A stretch of DNA of 63,072 nt, counting the filler, from Hausera hauseri (Eukaryota): assembly GCA_046269625.1 (NCBI GenBank). It is 12 parts of 12 records of this genome, joined end to end, with 100 filler letters (N's around TTAATTAATTAA, not from the genome) between each part and the next. Parts side by side here need not be neighbours in the genome. Positions count along the whole stretch, not along the records: positions 13,676 to 17,806 come from JBJURY010742320.1; positions 17,907 to 22,194 come from JBJURY010654996.1; positions 22,295 to 27,384 come from JBJURY010339269.1; 9 more parts are not named here. One strand, given 5' to 3'. Made by a program: the position numbers and the translations under genes. Positions 13,876 through 24,529 of the stretch are shown here, in pieces; the first letter of the stretch is position 1; each line of letters starts with the position of its first letter. The notes under the pieces are model-generated. The model was not told the DNA's origin. It worked only from the letters and a program-made list of their open reading frames with translations, and ran no database searches.

Positions 13876-14109
13876 TCATATTCGATATCCCCGAATAATA
13901 CTCCACATTTCAAACTGAATATCTTGACAATAAGAATTAGCATGCTGATAATTTGAAAACTGTTCCGGATTATCGCGAAATAAATTTGAATCCAAATTAT
14001 TAAGAAAACGACCAAGAGCATAAAGACGCTCATAAGCACGAATAATCAATTTAGACATTTGATACTCAATCTTCCGAGCATCAGGAGAACGTAAAAAAAT
14101 CGTAGACAT
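13876..14109 (-). CDS. Small hypothetical protein (77 aa) downstream of rep
   Basis: ATG at 14109 just after the rep poly(A) signal, open to 13876. No recognisable domain. Confidence 0.4.
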   Translation of the reverse strand: MSTIFLRSPDARKIEYQMSKLIIRAYERLYALGRFLNNLDSNLFRDNPEQFSNYQHANSYCQDIQFEMWSIIRGYRI

Positions 14110-14175
14110 ATTTAAAACACAAGTAATTAAACACAAAACAATATATAATTTTATTCAACCAATCACAAAAATGAG

Positions 14176-15673
14176 TCAATGTCTTTGTGACGAAATTGTT
14201 TCATTTGAGTCGCCACTGAACTGCTCTTCAACTGCATCCATCGAATTAGGCATACGACGACTATTAGCCTCAATAACACGCCGAACATCAATGACATTGG
14301 AAGAAAGAAACACATCACGAGACGCCGAGCTACGATATAACAACTGATTGCCACAATCATACATTAAAAGACGTTTAATACACGCCTCCTTCTGGAAACC
14401 ATCCATACGAGAAGGCCAAAAACTAAGCGCACAGTTATATGTAAAAATAACTGGCACAACACTTGGGACAACAACCGATTTATAAAGACCACGAATCGAA
14501 CGGTTGTCCAATTCATGGTTACATTGCAGAATCGAAAGAAACAAGTCAGGAGATAGATCGTGGAAACCCACGTCATCAAAAATAATCACATCGTACTCCC
14601 CAGTCCACTCATTAGGAGTATCGTGGAGGCTATGCAAAAGTAACGGATTATTTCCATGACTTAAAGCGAACGACGTCTTCCCGATATTAGACGAGCCAAA
14701 GAGAACAGCGGAATTCCTCCCATCCTTAACAGAAAAAGGAATCTTAGGAATTAAGAAAACAAGATCCCTAATAGGAATAAATTTAGGCCGAAACTTATTA
14801 CGTACATATTGATTAAGCATTTTATGCCGCGTAATATATTCTGCTCTATCGCCATCCTTCATAATAGCGAGAGCATCCTCAACCGTAGGAGCCTCATCAA
14901 AAAGGCGATAAAGGGCTTTACGGGAGTTATTTTCCTTATAAGCATTAATAGGAGGATTCCCACAAGAAAGAATAATAGCTCCATCAAAAGAGGGTTTATA
15001 ATGATAAGAATATACGGCAAAAACATCTGCCCTAAATGGAACCACATAAGATTGAAGTTTCCTATGCATAAAAGACACCTTATTAGCATTCGGAGTGTAA
15101 ATCAAGACGTGGAGATGATGAAACCCTGAAGGCGATTTCTCCTCCTGAAGCCGTACAAACCAATTACGCGCACGATACAAATCATAATAAAAACGAAAAA
15201 TATCCCATACTTCATCACTACTACGCAAAGAATGAACCAACATCCAGTGCCTGAACGTAGCACCAGGAGGTGGATATGCTAAAGTGCGCACATCATCTTT
15301 AAATTTAGACTGCAAAGCGTCAAATACGTGATCACCTAATTCACGTTGAAGAAGAGGAATGTCATCGTCACCGAGCATCAAAAAAAATTTTTTGTATTGA
15401 TTAATTCTCCCATTATTATTATCCTATAAGGAAATTAAACAATATATAAAATAAATAAATAAACATTTAAAACAATTCTATCCAATAAAGGAATATCTTC
15501 TAAATTAGGAAATTCATTATCACCAACATCAATTATTTCATCCTTTAATTAATTAATAAAATTAATAAAATAAATTAAAATACTTGAGGTGCAATAATTT
15601 CCTCATGATGTACATCATCATTAATAATATTATTCCATATGTCAGCACAATCTATATCCACATTATAAGCCAT
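14176..15673 (-). CDS. rep: CRESS-DNA-virus-like Rep (HUH endonuclease plus SF3 helicase). Predicted exons 15673-15584, 15542-15474, 15423-14176 (~468 aa).
   Basis: Motif II HHLHVLI, motif III YHYK..DG, geminivirus-like oligomerisation helices, Walker A GSSNIGKT, Walker B IIFDDV, motif C FTYN and Arg finger IKRL. Two phase-0 GT-AG introns (41 and 50 nt) link an upstream ATG in frame. AATAAA follows the stop. Confidence 0.88.
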
Positions 15674-15747
15674 TATATTATATCAAATAATGAAATAATT
15701 CTATTTTAATTCAATTATATAGGTGCATTTGTTTTAATTCATCAATA

Positions 15748-15925
15748 CTGAATTTTTATTGGTTAAATCATATATAATATTTTCTACCCCTTAAACAGTT
15801 CACAAGAAAATTGAGTTACCAATAAGAATGAAGCAAAAATACTCGAATATGATTGGAGACTCAATTTAAATCTAAACTGTTTATGGGGTACAAAAAATTA
15901 TAAACGAGTATCCAATCAGAATTTA
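15748..15925. promoter_or_regulatory. Long imperfect palindrome with four CCAAT/ATTGG boxes between divergent ORFs
   Basis: TTTTCTACCCCTTAAACAGTT..AAATTGAGTTACCAAT (15780-15823) pairs with ATTGGAGACTCAATTT..AACTGTTTATGGGGTACAAAA (15852-15895); weaker pairing extends outward. Confidence 0.65.
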
Positions 15926-15944
15926 GATAAATAATAAATAAATG

Positions 15945-16137
15945 AACTACTTACTAATGTAAGTAGCATATATCGAAAAATAATAATCCAATATTCCAAA
16001 ATAATTTTATAATATTTGTAAATAACAAACTACTTACTAATGTAAGTAGTATATGGCAACTAAATCCAAAATAAATTTATATTTACCGATATTAAATTAT
16101 GATTTAACAAACTACTTACTAAAGTAAGTAGTATATA
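15945..16137. repeat. Three palindromic direct repeats AACTACTTAC-TAA(T/A)-GTAAGTAG(T/C)ATAT with an 82-83 bp period
   Basis: Cores start at 15947, 16030 and 16112; each has an 8-9 bp perfect stem and a 4 nt loop. Confidence 0.9.
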
Positions 16138-16308
16138 ACAGTAAAATGCATTAAATAAATAAAGTGCAAACGAGTCAGAATTCTATTTTTAGAATAACAG
16201 CATGACTGAATAAAGAAGCCTTGTTACTAATTAGTCTTTATGTCCATATTGACTTGTTTTAATTTACTACTGACATTTATTTATTTATTTATTTATTCCG
16301 AGGACCCC

Positions 16309-16425
16309 ATGAAGTACTACACGTACTTCATGGCACTGCCAACCGAAGTCCAGGTGGCCAGAATCAAGGAGCTCGAGAATGAAATAATGAACTTAAAATC
16401 GGGCATGTCTAATATTTTGATGTAA
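16309..16425 (+). CDS. Small (38 aa) putative protein divergent from rep
   Basis: MKYYTYFMALPTEVQVARIKELENEIMNLKSGMSNILM. GC-richer than its flanks, preceded by a pyrimidine tract and AG, followed by AATAAA at ~16443. Confidence 0.4.
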   Translation: MKYYTYFMALPTEVQVARIKELENEIMNLKSGMSNILM

Positions 16426-16754
16426 TATGTATATGTTATATTAATAAATGTTTATTATGTTAACTTGTCTGGAGTTAATTGCTCCAAATTTACCCGTGCA
16501 AATTATTTTAGAAAAAGGCAAAACCGTATGCAAATAGAAGAAATAGAAGAAATAGAACAATTATAGAACAAACTGAAAAGCAGAGGTAAATACAAACAAC
16601 AACCAATAATAAATGCCTCTGCACAAACAGAACATTACAATACAGTAATAACAAATAAAATAAAATAATTATTAACGCATTTGTTGGTTGCTAATGACAT
16701 CATTTTTGCTAATAACAATAAATAATATAATAATAATAGTTTTACTGTTTAAAA

Positions 16755-17164
16755 TAACTACAGGATGCCTCCTTTTCAAACGGTTCCTTAAATTCGTTTA
16801 TCCTCCAGCTGTTGTTATTCACTTTTCATAAATCTTGCATTTTGATTTACCATCCTTCATGTTGCTTTTGTTAAAATGCTTCCATACGTATAAAATGGCT
16901 GAAAGTTCCACAAATTAAAATTTACCTAAATATTTTTATAAATTTTATTTTTAAATTATTAATTCATTCAGACTTCATGCATATTTAATAGAATATTAAA
17001 AGTATGGACATTAATGACCTTACAAAAATTTAAATTACATACATAATGACATAATTATTCAAAATTAAATTTTAAATCTTACTTAATATTAGTTTCACTG
17101 TGCACCGTGCTGAACCGCTGCAGACGTCTAATTTAGGTGCAGCGGTGCACTGGTTCAAGCCCTA
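16755..17164 (-). mobile_element. hAT-like transposon 5' end with a degenerate BED zinc finger
   Basis: Terminus TAGGGCTTGAACCAGTGCACCGCTGCACC with subterminal repeats. Translation KCKIYEK*ITTAGG*TNLRNRLKRRHP. Confidence 0.55.
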
Positions 17165-18101
17165 ATTATTACTGAAGTGTCACTGCTTATTATGTTAACT
17201 TATTTGATTTTCTTGGACGATATTAATCTTCTAAACTCATTTTTAGTGCTTGTGGGTACTGTTATACGTATTTAATGAAGTGGATTCAACTGAGCATATC
17301 CTGCCCAATTAGCTTTCGGTTTGCAGTAGAAGTGGCAAACTGTTCTATTTACAAATGGTTCAAAATTATTGTATTACTTTATTAAAATTCTCCTCAACAC
17401 TGGTGAAATAAAGACTTGAGTTAGGTATGAATTTTGCTTGTCATTTTCGTTTTTTAACAGCAGTCAAACGATTGATAAATATAATGGAAAATTTCATTAT
17501 TTATTCCTTGTCATAGACCTGTTCTAAAAATTGCTTGACTTCAAATATGGTCTAAGCTAAATGTAAGTACGATTCCATTTTCTAACTATTTAGTGAGTTC
17601 ATTGAGTGCATCTATAGGTATTAAACACTGTCCATGTTTATTCTTTAGCTAAAACAAAATTTAATTTCATTGTTTATAATTTCATATTTACTATTACTCG
17701 CAGGCTCATAATCTGGGATACTGTTCTGAGTTATTTGACCCTCATGTGTCGGGGTATATTCTCCAAACAAGTCATCGAGTGTCATGTTGTTCTTTTCTTT
17801 GTTCATNNNNNNNNNNNNNNNNNNNNNNNNNNNNNNNNNNNNNNNNNNNNTTAATTAATTAANNNNNNNNNNNNNNNNNNNNNNNNNNNNNNNNNNNNNN
17901 NNNNNNGCTGAAATATTATGGCCGTCGGTCGCGGATCACACTTTAAGAACCACTGCTCTAAATAATAGTTGTACACTTTCTTTGAAAAGCTCTTGTTTCG
18001 AACTCATTCTAAAAATGTAAATATTTTAAATAATTAAGTTTACTATATATGTAAAGAATTCGATGCGCTACAAAATTAGCATCTTGGTATTCAAAAATAA
18101 G

Positions 18102-19367
18102 ACCTGTATCGAAAAGTATTGACGCTGCATAAAGTACATTTTTGTGTGAAAAGTCACTTGCTGTATAATGATTGGGTGGTGTGAAGAAACACGTGAGTAC
18201 TCTGAACAACTATGCGTAGGTGATTAGAAATATCTTTTGTATTTTAATGGCCTGGATGACGACGAAGAGAAATTGCGCAAATTGGTGGCGTCTGTGTACA
18301 AGGCCAATCCAAAAAATCAACACTTAGTACATCAAGGGAAGTTGGCGTTTCAATTAGAACAGTTTAAAGGGTGATAAAGAAGGTTCAAAATTTGGAAGGC
18401 GTAGAAACCGGATACCGTAGTGGCTGCCCTAAATGTTCTTCCATAACGATTTATGGAAAGGTGATTAAGGCCTTTCACATATATCCATCGATTTCTGTTC
18501 GATACGTAGCTAAAGAAGTGGAAAAATCTGCAGCAATGGTGCAGCGAGTGAAGCAGAGCTGGATTGAAAACCTATAAGAAACAAAAGTGTCTGAAACGAA
18601 GTGACAGTCAGACGAAAACAGTGATTCAACGAGCCAAATCATTGTACAAGGAAATGTTCGAAAATTCAACTGCTTGTGTCGTTATGGATGAAGAATCCTT
18701 CCGTAAAATGGATTTCAGTACATTACCTGGACCACAGCATTATACTGAATCTCCAGGTGTACCAGTGAAAGATTGTGTGAAGAAAATTGCCATCACAAAG
18801 TTTTGTGCCAAAATGCTTGTGTGGCAAGCGATTTGCCAGTGCGGTCTTAGAATCTCTCCATTTTTTTATCAATGGACAATGACACAAGATACGTACCGCA
18901 AAGAATGTCTGCAAGCACGATTACTACCATTCATACGAAATCATTGTGGAGTTGTTATATTTTGGCCGGATTTAGCCACGGTCCATTACGCAAAGGCTTG
19001 CTTGGAATTCATGACCCTTAACAACGTCAACATTGTTCCGAAACGTTTGAATCCTCCGAATGTGCCAGAATTGTGGCCTATAGAGCTCTATTGGGCTTTG
19101 GTGAAACAGGCTCTTCGCAAGAAAGAAGTTCAAAACTTTATGGTCCAGGTTTTCCAAAAAGGTGACACAGGAGACCATCCAAAACTTAATGAGACGTGCT
19201 CAGAAAAACGTGAAGAAATTTGGTAACACTAAAGTGAGTGAATCTTCATAATTTCTTTTTTGTATTGTCCTGACTGTCTGTAATTGCCATTTTAATAATA
19301 AACCCATTGGATTAGTAATAACGGTTTCTCCTTCATTTTTCTAACGTCAATATGTTTCGATACAGTC
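18102..19367 (+). mobile_element. IS630-Tc1-mariner DD37E transposon
   Basis: TIRs CTGTATCGAAAAGTATTGACG / CGTCAATATGTTTCGATACAG. Motifs VVMDEES, FWPDLATVHY and NPPNVPELWPIE, with 37 residues between the second D and E. Confidence 0.88.
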
Positions 19368-19517
19368 ATTAATATTAGCATTTATAGTTTAGTTAGACTT
19401 TATGTTTGTCGCATTTTTGTCATAACCCGTTATATATAAACTTCTGTCTCTCCCAAGAATTTTTAACCTGGTATTGATCTTGATTTATCCGAATTAATTA
19501 TTTCGTTGATTGATATA

Positions 19518-20792
19518 CTACTGTGGACAAAAAGTAATGAGACTGTATTTATAAAAAGTACGCGCGTTGAATATCGATGTGTATATTTATTTGGTAGGGT
19601 TGTATGATTATTGTGAACAGCTGAAAGAAATTTCATGACATTTGCTTTGTTAGGTTAGAAATTACAGCGTCTTTTGTGTTTGAATAAAATTGTTCTCGGC
19701 GATTTTTTAATATGGATAAATATGTGGAACAAAGAATTTTTATCGAATTTGTCTAAAAAATAAAATGTCTTGTTCTGATGCATTGAAAATGTTACAAAAG
19801 TGTTACAGTTATGAATGTTTATTAAGATCACAAATTTTTAAGTGGTACAAATCATTTGTTGATGGACGTGAAGCAGTCGCAGACGAGCTTCGTTCAGGAA
19901 AACCATCAACCTCAACTAATGACGAAAACATCAACAAAATCAAAGAGCTTGTACTTTCCAATCATCGACTGACATAAAGATACCTCGTAGACAGTTTTGG
20001 TATATCAGAAGGATCAATACAAACAAAACTTAAAGGACGATTTAGATTGTCTCGTGTGTTTTCTCGTCTTGTTCCAAAAGCTTTGAATGCTTTTGAAAAA
20101 GAACATCGTGTTCAAGTGTGGAAGAGATGGTTCCTGTTACTGATGATGATCTAAAATACATAATTACTGGTGATGAAACTTGGATCAATTTTTATGACTT
20201 GGAAACAACAGTCCAGTGAATATCGTTCTGCAGGTGAACCAAAACGGAAAATCACGTCGAAGCAATTCAAAAATCAAGGTCATGTTGACTGTTTTGTTCG
20301 ACTGCCGTGGCCTTGTCCACAAAGAGTTCCTTCCAACTGGCCAAGCAATCAGCAAAGAATATTATTTAGGCCTTTTGCGTCGTTTATGTAAATCAATTGG
20401 TAAAAACGAACAGATTTATGGCAAAACAATTCATGGTTTCTGCATCATGGTAATGCACCATCGCATACAGCCTTAATTATTCGTCAGTAGTTCATCAAAA
20501 ATCTAGTGGATGTCGTACCGCAAGCACTGTATTCGCCAGATGTGGCTCCGATTGAAATTACCACTTCGCGCACATCGATTTGAGTCAATAGAAGTCATCC
20601 AAGAGAATTCGCTGACCGCTTTGCAGGCTATATCAGATGCTGCTTATAATAACTGTTTCAGAGACTTGAAAAATGTTGGAATAAGATTATTCAAGCGGGA
20701 GGGGATTATTTTGAAGGAGGCACAATAAATTTGGATGAATAAAATATTTTCTGTTTTATTTAATCAGTCTCATTACTTTTTGTCCACAGTAG
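19518..20792 (+). mobile_element. Mariner element, full length, transposase disrupted
   Basis: Perfect 28 bp TIRs CTACTGTGGACAAAAAGTAATGAGACTG flanked by TA. Motifs ITGDETW, KVMLTVLFD and YSPD. Confidence 0.92.
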
Positions 20793-22304
20793 TATATTAC
20801 ATTTTTAAAAAACTACATTTGTACGATAATTTACGTAATTTTTCAATAATTCCAAAAGAACTTTAATGATAAACGCACCCCATTCTATAATAAAAAATTA
20901 GAAAATGTGCACCTTATGATTTACTTTGAACTAGACTTGCCACAGTCCCGCATTCTATTTCGTACTTGTACAGTATCACCCACAAATTCATGGTCCTTAT
21001 TCATTTCATTTCCAATCCAAACATGCATGAACAAACGTTACGACTACTGTTATACGTTTTTTCCAATTTTCTAACCATATGTGTAACTACTTCATCTATT
21101 GAGAGGTAAACTGAATAAGAATCATGCTCTTTCCGAAATACGGTACAAGGATGTATAAAAGGCAGGATATCTGGCAACACTAATATGAACAAAAGTCGGC
21201 GTAAATTATTTCGTATTTTACTTGGGACAAATTACTTGGGACATAGCCAAATATATTTTAAAGCCAAAACTAAAGAATAAAATCAACATTCTATCCAAAA
21301 TGAAGGCGGTTAACAGTACTTGCCAATAATCTTTGTTAGCAAGCCGATTATTACATCACCATTAATTTCTTGGAATTCATAAACAGATATTTAAAATCGA
21401 TAAGGAGAAAGCAGTCATTAATTATTCCCATCATTAAGTTTGTTTTCTTTATTTTATCTAAAAATTGTTCAAATAATTTTTCCGATGAAATTGCCGGAAG
21501 CGTTTGAAATGGTTTTGTATAGATTTTTATAAACGTGACAGTGCAAAAATAGGATTAATTCCCATAATTGAAAAGTGGAATAAAGAAGTTTTTATCTTTT
21601 CCGAAATAATAAATGGGATATAAAATTGCCAGATCTACATTCAAGATTGACCCAAACGTTCAAGAGGCACTAATACATGCATTGGTATTTGATATTGAAA
21701 TAAAGCCATTCAGATATTACCTAACCCGTATCCTAAAAAATAGGTGCATTAGGGGCCCATATGGCAATGTGAATTTTTTTGTCCCAATAATTTGCACTGT
21801 GCCTATTCTCTTTCCTTTTGCATCATTAAATGCCTGTGCAAGATTTCTTAAAAATTGGCGAAGGTTTAGTGGTTGCTCAAAGCACTTAAAATTACTAATT
21901 TTGACATTCGAACTGCAATCATTATGCAAATTCATGTTAATACTACACTGTAACAATGTAACATATTCCACAATTGATTGTGTTGTCCGCGTTAGCATCC
22001 ACGCCGTCCACCTCGTCGCCCAGCTTGGGTAGGGTTGGAAAATCCCCGCCCCCTGGTATTTCCACTAAATCAGAATTTGATCGTTTGTAATTACTCATTG
22101 AAAAGTAACAACACTTGTTGAAAATTTTTATTAAAATCCAACTTATTTATTTGGAAACAAATTTTCCAAATTTAAATCAGACTTTTTAATATTANNNNNN
22201 NNNNNNNNNNNNNNNNNNNNNNNNNNNNNNNNNNNNNNTTAATTAATTAANNNNNNNNNNNNNNNNNNNNNNNNNNNNNNNNNNNNNNNNNNNNAGAATA
22301 TATT

Positions 22305-22973
22305 TCAGTTCCATTTCTTTTTATTAATAGATATTTCGATGGGTATTCCATATCCATCATCTCCTCTGCCACAATTTACTGCTATGATTCTTATGTTGCG
22401 ACCATCTTGGACTAGCCTATACGATTGCGTATGTTCGTTCTTTTCTACCTCGGTCGGAGTCTGTTCAAATTCTAGAACTGGCAAACCTAAGTTGAAGTTC
22501 TCTATATAGGTCACTTCGAACATAAGTTTAACAGGAAGGGCTGCTAATCTAAATTCTAGACCATAGTCGATATTTTCTAAGCCCTGTCTATTTATTCTAA
22601 ATGTACTAAACCGGTATTAACACTCTTCATTGGAATTTCATGCTTGACCTTCTACTCTATAATATAATTCTCCGGCAGCTAGGTGTATGTATACCTCTTG
22701 AGTTTTAGTAATTCGTTTTGAAATCAGTTCCTTTAGTGAGTAGACTCTTGCTTGGTTATTTTTACGCATTGCGTAGAGGCAAACGGTTCGATTTTCTTCT
22801 GTTATACCCTTTAGATCATTGGGAATCTCTGTCACCTTTGAAAATTTAATTGAAGTTTCTGCTTGGAGGGCTTCGGTTATGCGTCGGTAGACAGATTTTG
22901 ATTGTGGTATAAATACTTTCGCGTGTTCCTTTAGGAAATTGTCGACACTAATTCGGCTGATCATACTTACCAT
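22305..22973 (-). pseudogene. Additional unknown ORF(s) downstream of the env-like ORF of the gypsy element
   Basis: ORFs 22638-22973 and 22305-22523. The ATG is immediately preceded by a strong splice acceptor (TTATTTTGTATTTTCTTTCAG). Confidence 0.45.
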
Positions 22974-23162
22974 TCTGAAAGAAAATACAAAATAAGGGTC
23001 AATCCTAAAACAAATTATTGTTCTAAATCTAAACCAATTCTTTTTTTGATGGTGGAATAACCCGATCTGTAATTGTCAGGTTATTCCATCATTAATTTCA
23101 TTCTGTGGTATCATCATCCTTAATTCCCTCTCGGTGATTTTATGACGCTTATTACAACAGTT

Positions 23163-24480
23163 TTAGGTAATCAATTGACAAAGCGCAATAAAAGTTATAA
23201 GAGCAAACGTTGACGTTCCAATAATCGATATCAGTGACAAAGTTGTCCATTTAGTTAAGTTTTTCATTTTAACTGTAGTCGTAATTTCGTCTTCCATTTT
23301 TTTATTGATTCGTAGTTTCGTTAAAACGATCTCGTTTAGGGTTTGTACCATAAACGTTCTACTTTGCTTATTCCTTTTACATATTTGCACTATATAGTAT
23401 GTTTTAGGCTTCAAATAGGTACATTGGATTCGATAGTTACCTTTTGCCAATGTTACTTTCTGATTATCGTGTAGTGTTCAGCAGTTTATTTCGACGTCGT
23501 AATTAAGTACTTCTTCACAATGAACGTTATTTCATGTTGTTGTGTCCAATATTTTATAGGAATCATTTCTAGTTCTTTCTGAGGTAATCCACTTGTTCGG
23601 AGGGTTCTGTTAAAAACTGAAGTAGTCGTATTCATTCCTGTAGTCGTAATTCTACTTGTTGTTTGAAACGGAATTCCCCAAATTAGACTTTCCAATTGGT
23701 AACATCCTAAGAAGATACTCGGCTGGCTTGGTCGAACTTTATATAAGTCTAGTCGAATTTTATATTTTGTGCGTGGGGTAACTTGCAACATCTATTGGGT
23801 CTTTCGGCGTCATTTTAGCAATATTGTTGGTTATCCGCTGCTCTATTCTCTTTTATAAATTGAACCGTGATGACTCCTCCTTTAGTTAACCGTACCTTCG
23901 TGTTTATTTGGATACAATTATCCTTTGGCTTTTTCGTTACACTAGCTATATTTTTTTCTAGCATCCGTTTTAATGGGTCGACAGACTGGAGCATATCTTC
24001 TAGCTCTATATTGAGGTAGTCTCCATAAGTTTGTGGTATAACTAAGTGTGAATTCAGGTTTATTTCGGCGTGTACATTCTTACAATTTGACAAATACGAA
24101 CGATAACTGAGCGCGTAAGAATGTCCGTACTCTACGTTGCAGCAAATTTTATCGTCTTCTGGCTCGAATTTACGATCGGACTCGGCTTGGTTTAAAAGAT
24201 CTTGAAATAGTATTTGAATTTGTCCTTCATATGATCTTGGTATTCTAAACCCGACACATGGGGCTTCCGGCGAAAAATAATCTAATTTTATTGCTCTTAA
24301 GAATTTTTCGACCTTTTGGATTTCTTTGTGTTCTGGAGTTTCCTCTTTCGGTGGCGAAGGTTTTAATCCACTATTCCTGATTCCGCATATGTCGTTCAAT
24401 AAATTTTCATCTGCCCACCATTGGCCGTTAGACTTAGGGGTTAGGGCAGCAATCAACGATAGGGCTACAATCATCTGTAC
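23163..24480 (-). pseudogene. Env-like type I membrane protein, in frame with the integrase C-terminus
   Basis: Signal-like MIVALSLIAALTPKSNG, a Cys-containing ectodomain, a Thr-rich stretch and a C-terminal TM segment WTTLSLISIIGTSTFALITFIALC; broken into 3 ORFs. Confidence 0.5.
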
Positions 24481-24529
24481 ATAAGATACTGGTCTGGTGA
24501 CAATCGACGAGGTTTTAGCTTCTCGTTGT

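Noticed and set aside
15545-15556. TTAATTAATTAA inside rep intron 1 as an assembly linker
   Set aside because: Not flanked by N runs; a chance match in AT-rich intron sequence.
15945-16137. CRISPR array
   Set aside because: Only three units, ~55 nt AT-rich spacers with partial similarity, no cas genes and a eukaryotic context.
17200-17806. Degenerate LINE RT fragment on the minus strand
   Set aside because: One weak motif (IFEVKQFLEQ) amid many stops.
21001-22032. Overlapping ORFs 21613-22032 (+) and 21717-21998 (-)
   Set aside because: No recognisable motif, and the coding strand could not be decided.
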